Of a DNA stretch of 41,856 nucleotides, positions 1 through 8,565 are shown piece after piece. The stretch's first letter is position 1; each line of letters begins with the position of its first letter. Origin of the DNA: Candidatus Omnitrophota bacterium (GTDB lineage: Bacteria; Omnitrophota; Gorgyraeia; 2-01-FULL-45-10); NCBI GenBank assembly GCA_016935115.1, contig JAFGRN010000014.1, positions 1-41,856 of the forward strand, written 5' to 3'. The position numbers and the translations under genes were made by a program. The notes below the pieces were generated by a model, which saw only the letters and a program-made list of their open reading frames with translations, was not told the DNA's origin and did no database searches.

Positions 1-438
1 GTGATCACAAAAGAGTCGGATAGTTTCAGGGAGGGTAAGGCAAGTATATTAAGGGAAGGCAAGGACCTGGCGATATTTGCCTGCGGCCAGATGGTCTATG
101 AATCCATACTGGCCTGCGATGAGCTCGCCAAAGAGGGCATAAAGGCCCGGCTCGTCAACCTCCATACCATTAAGCCCATCGACAGGGATGCCATCATAAG
201 CGCCGCGTATGAAACCGGCGCGATCGTTACCGTCGAGGAGCATACTGTCATGGGTGGGTTCGGTTCGGCCATAGCGGAGATCGCGGCGCAAGACAGGCCC
301 GTTCCGATAAAGATGGTAGGCATACGGAACAGGTTCGGAGTCTCGGGCGAGCCAGATGAATTGTTTGAATATTTCGGCCTTAAGCCAAAGAATATAGTCC
401 TTGCGGCCAGGGAAGCCCTGCAGATGAAGAAGGGTTAA
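1..438 (+). CDS. Transketolase C-terminal subunit/domain (5'-truncated by window edge)
   Basis: LREGKDLAIFACG, HTIKPID, VTVEEH..GGFGSA and FGVSG motifs of Transketolase_C. Confidence 0.85.
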   Translation: MITKESDSFREGKASILREGKDLAIFACGQMVYESILACDELAKEGIKARLVNLHTIKPIDRDAIISAAYETGAIVTVEEHTVMGGFGSAIAEIAAQDRPVPIKMVGIRNRFGVSGEPDELFEYFGLKPKNIVLAAREALQMKKG

Positions 439-454
439 ATAAGAATCTGGTATT

Positions 455-1318
455 ATGAGTTCCATCGAATTGACAGCGCCGGCCAAAGTAAATCTCGTCC
501 TTAAGGTATTTAACAAGCGTAAAGACGGATATCACAATCTCCTGACCCTCTTCGAGCGCATCTCTCTCTCCGATCTCGTAACCGTTTCCATGGCGCCTTC
601 GGGAATATCGATCACCTGCGACAGGGCTGTCGTAAAAAGAGCGAAGGATAATATAGCTTACAAAGCGGCCGAACTTATCCTGAAAACTGCCCGGGTGGGC
701 GCGGGAGTCAGGATCGATATCAGAAAGCGAATTCCCGTAGCCGCAGGGCTGGGCGGAGGTAGTTCCGATGCCGCGGCAACCCTTATAGGCATTAACAGGC
801 TGTTTAATATTAATATGGGCAAAGCCGGATTAATGCGCCTTGGCGCAAAATTGGGGGCTGATGTCCCTTTCTTTATATTTGATACACCATTTGCGGTGGG
901 TAGGGGTATAGGGGACAGGCTAAAAAAAGCGGATTTAAGGGTAAAATTATATCATCTTCTCATATATCCGGGCTTTAAAGTGGCTACAAAAGACGTATAT
1001 AAGGCGCTGGATTTAGGCTTGACAATGAGGCGGGGCGGTGATAAAATTACACTCCCTAAGGATTGGAGCGGCTTCGAAGGGATCGTTCACAACGACTTAG
1101 AGGATATAATTATAATTAAAAGGCCGGTCATCGGCAAAGTGATACAATGCTTGGTCTCTTCACTCGGCAGGAAGGCTATGGTTTCAGGAAGCGGACCGAG
1201 CGTATTTTGTCTTTACAGGACACGAAGGGAGGCGGTACGGGCCAGGGATAAGTTATTTAGCAGTGTGCCCGCCCGGTTAAGGCGAAACTGGCAGGTATTC
1301 ATCGTCGAGACGGTTTAG
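455..1318 (+). CDS. ispE: 4-diphosphocytidyl-2-C-methyl-D-erythritol kinase
   Basis: APAKVNL, DGYH, KRIPVAAGLGGGSSDAA (GHMP kinase loop), LGADVPFF, SGSGPSVF. Confidence 0.96.
   Translation: MSSIELTAPAKVNLVLKVFNKRKDGYHNLLTLFERISLSDLVTVSMAPSGISITCDRAVVKRAKDNIAYKAAELILKTARVGAGVRIDIRKRIPVAAGLGGGSSDAAATLIGINRLFNINMGKAGLMRLGAKLGADVPFFIFDTPFAVGRGIGDRLKKADLRVKLYHLLIYPGFKVATKDVYKALDLGLTMRRGGDKITLPKDWSGFEGIVHNDLEDIIIIKRPVIGKVIQCLVSSLGRKAMVSGSGPSVFCLYRTRREAVRARDKLFSSVPARLRRNWQVFIVETV
1019..1047 (+). promoter_or_regulatory. Sigma70-type promoter internal to ispE
   Basis: TTGACA (1019-1024), 17 bp spacer, TG-a-TAAAAT (1039-1047). Confidence 0.65.
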
Positions 1319-1330
1319 GAGGAGCGCGCA

Positions 1331-1822
1331 ATGGATATTACGGAAGTAAAGATCTTTTTAAAAGAGGGGCAGGACAAGAAGCTGAAGGCGTATGCGACCA
1401 TCACCTTCGATAACATGTTCGTGGTAAGGAACGTGAAAGTTATCGAGGGCACAAAAGGTTTGTTTGTCGCAATGCCGTCGAGAAAACTTAAAGAGCCGTG
1501 TCCGAAATGCAACTTCAGGAATTCGGTGAGGTCCAAATACTGCAATAACTGCGGCGCGGCGCTGCCGATGACCGAGCATAAGGCTCCCCCCGCGGGCGCG
1601 GAAGGCGCGGCGAGAGAGTCCGAACATAAAGACATAGCGCACCCTATAACGGCGGAGTGCAGGGACTATATACAGAAGAAAGTGCTGGAAGCCTATGATA
1701 AAGAGAAGAAACATACATCTGTCCCATCCTCGCCGTCATCGGCATCGTCTTCCGGAACGCATTCATCCCGTGGACAGGCAAAGCCCGCCATTACAATGGA
1801 AGACGAGGACATAGAGCTGTAG
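1331..1822 (+). CDS. spoVG: SpoVG family nucleic-acid-binding protein with zinc-ribbon insertion
   Basis: MDITEVKI, LKAYATITFD, GLFVAMPSRK, DIAHPI; inserted CPKC...CNNCG; SD AGGAGG. Confidence 0.92.
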   Translation: MDITEVKIFLKEGQDKKLKAYATITFDNMFVVRNVKVIEGTKGLFVAMPSRKLKEPCPKCNFRNSVRSKYCNNCGAALPMTEHKAPPAGAEGAARESEHKDIAHPITAECRDYIQKKVLEAYDKEKKHTSVPSSPSSASSSGTHSSRGQAKPAITMEDEDIEL

Positions 1823-1852
1823 TTCGGGCGAACCGTAAGCCATTAACTATAT

Positions 1853-1926
1853 TGCCCGGTGGTGTAATGGTAGCACATCAGATTTTGGATCTGAGTGTTC
1901 AGGTTCGAATCCTGGCCGGGCAGCCA
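1853..1926 (+). tRNA. tRNA-Gln (anticodon TTG)
   Basis: Acceptor stem TGCCCGG/CCGGGCA, D arm GTGTAATGGTAGCAC, anticodon arm TCAGA-TTTTGGA-TCTGA, T loop GTTCGAATC, encoded CCA. Confidence 0.97.
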
Positions 1927-2044
1927 GTAGCTTGAGCAAGAGAAGTCAGGGATTCGAAGCTTGTGAGCGCCGAGCGAATAGCGAGGAAAAGCGCTATGCG
2001 CGGTAGCCAGGCTGTATGAAGCTTCGTAGGAATGAGAGGTTGAG

Positions 2045-3346
2045 TTGAAAGATATAGTTGCTATAGTACTGGCCGCGGGGCGCGGAACGAGGATGAATTC
2101 GGATATTCCGAAGGTCCTTCACCGCATATTCGGTAAGCCGATAATCTCCTATGTGCTGGGCTCTTTGAGGGAATCGGGCGTGGCCGATATCATAACTGTG
2201 GCGGGGTTCGGCAGTGATAAACTGCGCGAAACGGTAGATACCAGGATCGTTATCCAGAAGAAACTTCTCGGTTCAGGAGACGCGGTCGCCTCGGCGACAG
2301 GCGCCCTCGGGAAATACGAAGGCGATGTGGTCGTAATCTGCGGAGATACTCCGCTCGTCAGCGCTAATACTATACGTGAATTGATCGCCAAACACAGGGC
2401 GTCGGGGGCGAGCGCCACGCTCACAACGGCGGTGCTTAAGGATCCGATGGAATACGGCAGGATCGTGAGAAGCGAGGACGGCAGGATCACGAAGATCGTC
2501 GAAGAGATAAAGGCTGAGCTGCACGAGAAGGCGATAAATGAAGTCAATGTCGGGACATACTGTTTTAAATCGAGAGACTTATTTGACGCGCTCGGCCAGG
2601 TTAAGCGCGACCCGAAAAAGGGAGAGTCCTTCCTGACCGATACGGTTGAAATACTGCGCCGGGCAGGCAAGTCGGTGGAGTCGATATCGATCAAGGACGC
2701 TGACGAAATGATAGGGATAAATTCCCGCAAGGATCTTGCCCGGGCGGCCTCCATCCTGAAGAATAGGATTCTTGATGAGCTGATGTTGAGCGGTGTAACG
2801 ATAGAGGATCCTGCCACTACTACGGTATACCCTGATGCCAGAATAGGCCGTGACACGGTGATCCGTCCCAACACGTTTATAGGCCCGGATGTGGAGATAG
2901 GCAAGGCCTGCAGTATCGGGCCTTTCGCCAGGATCACGGGGAATGTGCGCGTAGGCAATGAAGTCATAATAGGGAACTTTGTCGAGCTGGTGAGGACCGT
3001 GATAGACGACGGATGCAGGGTAAAGCACCATACATATCTCGGGGACACGACGCTCGGCAGGAAAGTCAATATAGGAGCCGGCACTATAACGGCAAACTAT
3101 GATGGCAAGAACAAAAATAAGACGGTAATAGAAGACGGCGCTTTTATAGGAGTGGGCTCGGTATTGATAGCTCCGATAAGGATCGGAAAGGCTGCTACAG
3201 TCGGAGCCGGCTGTGTGGTATTGAGGGGCAATGATGTGCCTTCGGGCAAAACGGTCGTCGGAGTACCGGCGAGGATTCTTGAAAAACGCACGGGTAAGGG
3301 GAGAAGGAGAACGGATGAAAAACGGCCTGTTAATATTCAGCGGTAA
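2045..3346 (+). CDS. glmU: Bifunctional UDP-GlcNAc pyrophosphorylase/GlcN-1-P acetyltransferase
   Basis: LAAGRGTRM..PKVLH, GDTP, YGRIVR, hexapeptide repeats, HHTYLGD, GAGTITANYDG; TTG start after GAGG. Confidence 0.93.
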   Translation: MKDIVAIVLAAGRGTRMNSDIPKVLHRIFGKPIISYVLGSLRESGVADIITVAGFGSDKLRETVDTRIVIQKKLLGSGDAVASATGALGKYEGDVVVICGDTPLVSANTIRELIAKHRASGASATLTTAVLKDPMEYGRIVRSEDGRITKIVEEIKAELHEKAINEVNVGTYCFKSRDLFDALGQVKRDPKKGESFLTDTVEILRRAGKSVESISIKDADEMIGINSRKDLARAASILKNRILDELMLSGVTIEDPATTTVYPDARIGRDTVIRPNTFIGPDVEIGKACSIGPFARITGNVRVGNEVIIGNFVELVRTVIDDGCRVKHHTYLGDTTLGRKVNIGAGTITANYDGKNKNKTVIEDGAFIGVGSVLIAPIRIGKAATVGAGCVVLRGNDVPSGKTVVGVPARILEKRTGKGRRRTDEKRPVNIQR

Positions 3347-4256
3347 TTCCAATAAACGGCTTGCGGAAGACATCTGTAAGTTCCTGAAGGTTGAATTGGG
3401 CGACGCGTCGGTCGACAAATTTTCCGACGATGAAATACGGGTAAAGATAAACGAGAATGTGCGCGGTCACGATGTATTTGTAGTACAGTCCACATCCCAG
3501 CCCTGCAATGACAATTTAATGGAATTATTGATCATGATCGACGCCTTAAAACGCGCTTCTGCCCAGAGGATCACGGCGGTCCTGCCGTATTTCGGATATG
3601 CCAGGCAGGACAGGAAAGACCAGCCGCGCGTTCCAATAACAGCGAAGCTTGTCGCCAATGTGCTATCTGTCGCCGGAGCGGACAGGGTCCTCACCGTAGA
3701 CCTGCATGCGGGCCAGATACAGGGATTTTTTGATATTCCACTGGATCACCTCTACGCCTTTACGATATTCGCCGAATACATAAAAGACCTGGGGATCGAT
3801 AAGAACCTGGTTATCGTTACTCCGGATGTCGGCGGCATAAAGACCGCCAGGGCTTATGCAAAGAAGATGAACTGCCACCTGGCCATTGTCGATAAGAGGC
3901 GAATAGACGATAAGCAAGCTGAAGCCATGCATATAATGGGGGATGTCGCGGGCAAGAATGTTGTCATAGTGGATGACATGGTAGCCACGGCCGGTTCGCT
4001 TGTCGAAGCCGTTACCGCGCTTAAGAAAGCGGGAGCGCTGGAAGTATATGCGACGATAACCCATCCTGTTCTCTGCGGCCCGGCTATAGAACGGCTGAAG
4101 AAAGCCAATATAAAAGAACTCGTTGTAACGGATACAATACCGATTCCGAAGGAGAATATGATTCCCCGGATAAAGGTCCTGTCAGTAGCTTCCCTGCTGG
4201 GAGAAGCGATAATGAGGATCCATACAGAAAAATCCATCAGCGTGCTGTTCGATTAG
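3315..4256 (+). CDS. prs: Ribose-phosphate pyrophosphokinase
   Basis: PYFGYARQDRK, DLHAGQIQGFF, VDDMVATAGS; ATG 3315 follows SD AAGGAG (ORF-track start 3231 too long). Confidence 0.97.
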   Translation: MKNGLLIFSGNSNKRLAEDICKFLKVELGDASVDKFSDDEIRVKINENVRGHDVFVVQSTSQPCNDNLMELLIMIDALKRASAQRITAVLPYFGYARQDRKDQPRVPITAKLVANVLSVAGADRVLTVDLHAGQIQGFFDIPLDHLYAFTIFAEYIKDLGIDKNLVIVTPDVGGIKTARAYAKKMNCHLAIVDKRRIDDKQAEAMHIMGDVAGKNVVIVDDMVATAGSLVEAVTALKKAGALEVYATITHPVLCGPAIERLKKANIKELVVTDTIPIPKENMIPRIKVLSVASLLGEAIMRIHTEKSISVLFD

Positions 4257-4275
4257 AGAAGGAGAGTGTAGCGAT

Positions 4276-5007
4276 ATGGAAAAAGTGGTACTTAAAGCCC
4301 AGGTTCGCACTGAAACCGGCAAGAGGGTTGCCAAGGACCTGAGGGCGAAAGGATTGATTCCCGCTAATGTCTATAAAGGCGGCTCAGGCGCGGTGAGCCT
4401 TCAGCTGGCTTCCGGCGAGCTGATTAATGCGCTTGAAACAAAGGCTGGAGAGAACGTACTGATAACACTCAAGATATCCGGCGGAAAGTCCGTCATAAAG
4501 GATAAGACCGTGCTGATCAAGGAGATCCAGAGGGAGCCGATAAGGGATGGTATACTTCATGTGGATTTTAACGAGATATCCCTTACTGAGATGCTAAAAG
4601 TCAATGTGCCGCTCTCATCCAAAGGAGAGCCTGTCGGAGTGAAGATGGATGGCGGGGTACTGGAGCATATCATGTGGGAGATAGAAGTCGAGTGTCTGCC
4701 TACGGATATACCCGAAAAACTGGAGGTCGATGTCTCCGGCCTGAAGATCGGGGAGTCGTTGCATGTCAAGGATATCGCCGTGCCGTCCGGCGTTAAGATT
4801 ATCAACGATCCTGAGCTTATTATAATGAGTGTGAAGGCTCCTAAAGTCGAGGTTCCAAAAGAAGAGGTTCCTGCCGAAGGCGCGGCCGAACCTGAGCTCA
4901 TAAGGAAGAAGAAGGAAGAGGAAGCCGCCGAAGGCGCCGAAGAGGCTCCAAAAGAAGCTCCAAAAGAAAAGGAAGCCCCTAAGGATAAAGAGGCCAAGAA
5001 GGGATAG
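4276..5007 (+). CDS. rplY: 50S ribosomal protein bL25/CTC (long form)
   Basis: IPANVY, KEIQREP..ILHVDF, GVKMDGG, CLPTDIPE, charged C-tail; prs-rplY-pth synteny. Confidence 0.95.
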   Translation: MEKVVLKAQVRTETGKRVAKDLRAKGLIPANVYKGGSGAVSLQLASGELINALETKAGENVLITLKISGGKSVIKDKTVLIKEIQREPIRDGILHVDFNEISLTEMLKVNVPLSSKGEPVGVKMDGGVLEHIMWEIEVECLPTDIPEKLEVDVSGLKIGESLHVKDIAVPSGVKIINDPELIIMSVKAPKVEVPKEEVPAEGAAEPELIRKKKEEEAAEGAEEAPKEAPKEKEAPKDKEAKKG

Positions 5008-5588
5008 TGTTGAAGTTTATCATAGGCCTTGGCAATCCCGAGCCGGAATATAAGGGTACGAAACATAACATAGGCTTTGCTGTAGTGAATGCCCTCGCCG
5101 GGGATTACGGCATAAAGATAAAGGAGAAGTTCCATTTCTCCCTTGCAGGGCACGGCAGGATTGAAGGCAAGGAAGTGACGCTGGTGCTTCCGCAGACTTT
5201 CATGAACCTATCGGGCAATGCCGTGGGAGAGATAATGCGCCGGGGGGCAAAGAAGCTCGAAGATATACTGGTCATACATGATGACGTGAATCTCGAGCTG
5301 GGGCGCATCAGGCTGAGGAAGAGCGGTTCATCCGGCGGGCATAAAGGGATCGAATCGATAATACATACGTTGAAAGACGGCTCTTTCCCGCGGCTTAAGG
5401 TAGGGATAGCTACCGAGGTCCATAAAGGGGACATTACAGGATATGTCCTTAGCCCCTTTAGGAGAAAAGAGCTGCGCAATGCCGCGCACGCAGTGGAGTT
5501 AGCGAAAGAATCGGTAATAACGCTCTTGACAGATGGCATGGATGCCGCGATGAACAGGTATAATAAAAGGAAAGTGGGAACCTCATAA
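5007..5588 (+). CDS. pth: Peptidyl-tRNA hydrolase
   Basis: GLGNP..Y..TKHNIGF, PQTFMNLSG, HDD, GGHKG. Confidence 0.96.
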   Translation: MLKFIIGLGNPEPEYKGTKHNIGFAVVNALAGDYGIKIKEKFHFSLAGHGRIEGKEVTLVLPQTFMNLSGNAVGEIMRRGAKKLEDILVIHDDVNLELGRIRLRKSGSSGGHKGIESIIHTLKDGSFPRLKVGIATEVHKGDITGYVLSPFRRKELRNAAHAVELAKESVITLLTDGMDAAMNRYNKRKVGTS

Positions 5589-5604
5589 TACATAGTTTTA
5601 ACCT

Positions 5605-5633
5605 TTGATTTATTAAATGTGGTGTGGTAGTCT
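5605..5633 (+). promoter_or_regulatory. Putative sigma70 promoter for rpsF-ssb-rpsR-rplI
   Basis: TTGATT-N17-TAGTCT with TG extension in an AT-rich gap. Confidence 0.45.
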
Positions 5634-5673
5634 AGGTGCTAAATAATTAATAAGCGGAGGAAGAGAGAAGAGG

Positions 5674-5955
5674 ATGAATAATTACGAAGGGGTTTTTATA
5701 ATAAGGCCGGAGATCAAAGAAGAGGACGTAAAGAATATTTTCAAGACCATAAATGATATGGTGTCTAAAAACGGCGGCAATATTAAGAAAGAGGAGCCAT
5801 GGGGTAAAAGGCCGCTCTCCTATCCGGTCAATAAGCTGAAAGAGGCGTATTATTATAAGCTCGATTTTGAAGCGCCTTCTTCCGCTGTGGCGAAAGTCGA
5901 AGCCGCATGCAAGCTCAATGCCGATATAGCAAGGATAATGATAACCAGGAGATAA
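5674..5955 (+). CDS. rpsF: 30S ribosomal protein bS6
   Basis: YEGVFIIRP, WGKRPLSYPVNK; rpsF-ssb-rpsR-rplI order. Confidence 0.95.
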   Translation: MNNYEGVFIIRPEIKEEDVKNIFKTINDMVSKNGGNIKKEEPWGKRPLSYPVNKLKEAYYYKLDFEAPSSAVAKVEAACKLNADIARIMITRR

Positions 5956-5959
5956 GCGG

Positions 5960-6439
5960 ATGGCAAGCCTTAACAGAGTATTGCTTATAGGAAATCTCAC
6001 CAGAGATCCGGAACTCAGATATATACCGAGCGGCTCGGCTGTCGCTACCTTTACTATAGCCGTTAACCGTGTCTATACGACGCCTGCGGGCGAGAAGAAG
6101 GAGCAGGTGTCTTTCATACGTATCGTTGTCTGGGGGCGCAGGGCCGAGGTCTGTGGGGAATATCTATCTAAGGGAAGCCCGGTCTTTGTGGAAGGCCGTC
6201 TGCAATCGCGCGACTGGCAGACCCAGGACGGGCAGAAGCGCAATACAGTCGAAGTAATAGCCGATAATGTGCAATTTTTAAGAAGCGGCGACAGGAAAAG
6301 CCCGGCCGTCGCGGGAAAACAGCCCTCCCAACAGGAGGAGATAGGCACAATAGACCTGAACGAGGAATCTGCCGCATCGCCGGTAGATAACAGTGCCGGC
6401 GCGGGAGCCGGGGTTGCCGACGAGGAAGTTCCGTTTTAA
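5960..6439 (+). CDS. ssb: Single-stranded DNA-binding protein
   Basis: LNRVLLIGNLTRDPELRY, VEGRLQ, C-terminal EEVPF. Confidence 0.97.
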   Translation: MASLNRVLLIGNLTRDPELRYIPSGSAVATFTIAVNRVYTTPAGEKKEQVSFIRIVVWGRRAEVCGEYLSKGSPVFVEGRLQSRDWQTQDGQKRNTVEVIADNVQFLRSGDRKSPAVAGKQPSQQEEIGTIDLNEESAASPVDNSAGAGAGVADEEVPF

Positions 6440-6461
6440 CATGGATAATAAGGAGAAATGA

Positions 6462-6740
6462 ATGTTTAAACCGTTTAACAAGCCTGAAAAAAAGAAACCG
6501 ATAAAAAAAACCGGCGAAAGGAAGAAGAAGGTCTTTAAAAAAAGGCCTTGCCGTTTCTGTATAGACAAGGTTAAGGCTATAGACTATCTGGAGTATCAGA
6601 AATTTTCCAGGTTCCTGACCGAGCGCGGCAAGATAGTTCCGTCCAGGATATCCGGAAATTGCGCGAAACATCAACGGTTGCTCGCCAGAGCGGTCAAAAA
6701 AGCGCGGGTGCTGGCGCTATTACCATTCGTATCGGAGTAA
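6462..6740 (+). CDS. rpsR: 30S ribosomal protein bS18 (Zn-binding form)
   Basis: CRFC, IDY, ERGKIVPSRISGNCAKHQR, ALLPF. Confidence 0.96.
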   Translation: MFKPFNKPEKKKPIKKTGERKKKVFKKRPCRFCIDKVKAIDYLEYQKFSRFLTERGKIVPSRISGNCAKHQRLLARAVKKARVLALLPFVSE

Positions 6741-6744
6741 AGAG

Positions 6745-7188
6745 ATGAAACTTATATTGACACAGGATATAGACAGGCTGGGAAAGGCCGGCGACGTTGT
6801 TGATGTGGCGGAAGGTTACGCGCGTAATTTTCTACTGCCTAACAGTAAGGCGAAGGCCGCGACGGCCGGTAATATGAAGCTGCTGGAAGCCAGGCGGAAG
6901 AAGGAAGCCTCCGACGAGGCTAGGAAAGTCGAAGCTGCCAGGGCCCTTGCTAACAGGATCGGCAATCTTTCCATAACCATAGCGGTTCAGGCCGGTGAAG
7001 AAGAGAAACTCTTCGGATCGGTTACGAGCGAAGCGGTTTCGGAGAGGCTGAAAGAAGAAGGGATAGAGATAGACAAGAAAGATATATTGTTGGAAGAGCC
7101 CATAAAAAAACTGGGCGTCTATCAGATCTCGGCTAAGGTACATCCGGAAGTGAAAGCTACTTTAAGGGTCTGGATAGTAAAGAAATAA
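6745..7188 (+). CDS. rplI: 50S ribosomal protein bL9
   Basis: LGKAGDVVDVAEGYARNFLLP, KLFGSVT, PIKKLG. Confidence 0.96.
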   Translation: MKLILTQDIDRLGKAGDVVDVAEGYARNFLLPNSKAKAATAGNMKLLEARRKKEASDEARKVEAARALANRIGNLSITIAVQAGEEEKLFGSVTSEAVSERLKEEGIEIDKKDILLEEPIKKLGVYQISAKVHPEVKATLRVWIVKK

Positions 7189-7194
7189 GGCAAG

Positions 7195-8565
7195 ATGGCT
7201 AACCAAGAGATTATCGAAAAGATACCGCCTCAGAGTATTGACGCGGAGATGGCTGTGCTCGGCGCGATGCTTCTCGACAGGGAGGTGATACCGCAAGCGA
7301 TAGAGATGCTGATCGCGGATTCTTTTTATAAAGAGGCTAACAGGAAAGTTTTTTCGGCCATCATCAAGATTTTCGACGAAAACAGAGGCGTTGACCTCAT
7401 AACCGTTATAGAGGAGCTTAAAAGCACAAACTCCCTCGAGGCGGCAGGGGGGCCGGATTATATTACAGGCCTGGCTTCGAGCGTGCCCACCGCGGCAAAT
7501 TTCATACACTATGCCAGGATCGTGAGGGAGAAGATGATCCTGCGTAACCTAATCAGCACGGCCACCTCCATAGTCACGGAATGCTATGACACCTCAAAGG
7601 GCGTCGACAGCCTGGTCGATAAAGCCGAGCAGATGATATTCGAAGTAGCGTCGAGGAAGGTCGACAGGAAGCTTACGCCCCTCAAGGATATCATAAAAAA
7701 TTCCATCGAAACTATAGATAACCTGTATCAGCGCAAGGAGAATGTAACCGGCATATCCACGGGATTCAGGGAGCTTGATATCAAGACGGCGGGATTCCAG
7801 CAGTCGGATCTGATAGTGGTGGCGGCCCGTCCGTCGATGGGAAAGAGCGCGCTTGCGTCATGTATCACGGAACATGCGGCCGTTATTGATAAGGTACCGG
7901 TGGCATTCTTCAGCCTTGAAATGTCGAAAGAACAGCTGGTACAGAGGATGCTATGCTCGCATGCGCGCGTGGACGCGCATAAGGTAAGGACAGGCTTCCT
8001 CTCGCAGGCGGACTGGCCAAAACTTGTGAGCGCGGCTGGGAAATTGTCCGAAGCGCCTATCTATATCGACGACACGCCGGGCATATCGGTGCTGGAATTG
8101 CGCGCCAAGGCGCGCCGCATGAAAGCGCAGTTTGACGTGAAGCTTATAGTCCTGGATTATCTTCAGCTTATGCAGGGGCCCTCCGGAGCGGATTCCAGGC
8201 AGCAGGAGATATCCGAGATATCAAGGTCGCTTAAGGCGCTCGCAAGGGAACTGAATGTCCCGATAATCGCTATAAGCCAGCTTTCAAGGGCGGTAGAGCA
8301 GAGGACGGACCACCGTCCGCAGCTCTCGGACCTGAGGGAATCCGGCGCGATAGAACAGGACGCGGATGTTGTTATACTCCTGCTGAGAGAGTGGTACTAT
8401 AATCCCACAGAAGAGAATAAGGGCCGCGCGGAGATAATTGTGGCTAAACAGAGGAATGGCCCAACAGGAAGTTTTGAACTGGCGTTTTTGGGAGAATATA
8501 TGAGATTTGAGAACCTTGTTTCGCGCACAGAAGAGTTTATGGACGCGGAAATGGAGAAGGTATGA
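7195..8565 (+). CDS. dnaB: Replicative DNA helicase
   Basis: PPQSIDAE, AARPSMGKS (Walker A), SLEMS, DYLQLM, SQLSR, DLRESGAIEQDAD, KQRNGP. Confidence 0.98.
   Translation: MANQEIIEKIPPQSIDAEMAVLGAMLLDREVIPQAIEMLIADSFYKEANRKVFSAIIKIFDENRGVDLITVIEELKSTNSLEAAGGPDYITGLASSVPTAANFIHYARIVREKMILRNLISTATSIVTECYDTSKGVDSLVDKAEQMIFEVASRKVDRKLTPLKDIIKNSIETIDNLYQRKENVTGISTGFRELDIKTAGFQQSDLIVVAARPSMGKSALASCITEHAAVIDKVPVAFFSLEMSKEQLVQRMLCSHARVDAHKVRTGFLSQADWPKLVSAAGKLSEAPIYIDDTPGISVLELRAKARRMKAQFDVKLIVLDYLQLMQGPSGADSRQQEISEISRSLKALARELNVPIIAISQLSRAVEQRTDHRPQLSDLRESGAIEQDADVVILLLREWYYNPTEENKGRAEIIVAKQRNGPTGSFELAFLGEYMRFENLVSRTEEFMDAEMEKV

Noticed and set aside
4860-5004. Short tandem repeats (GA(A/G)GCTCCAAAA) at the end of rplY
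   Set aside because: Ordinary low-complexity EAPK tail of long bL25/CTC proteins
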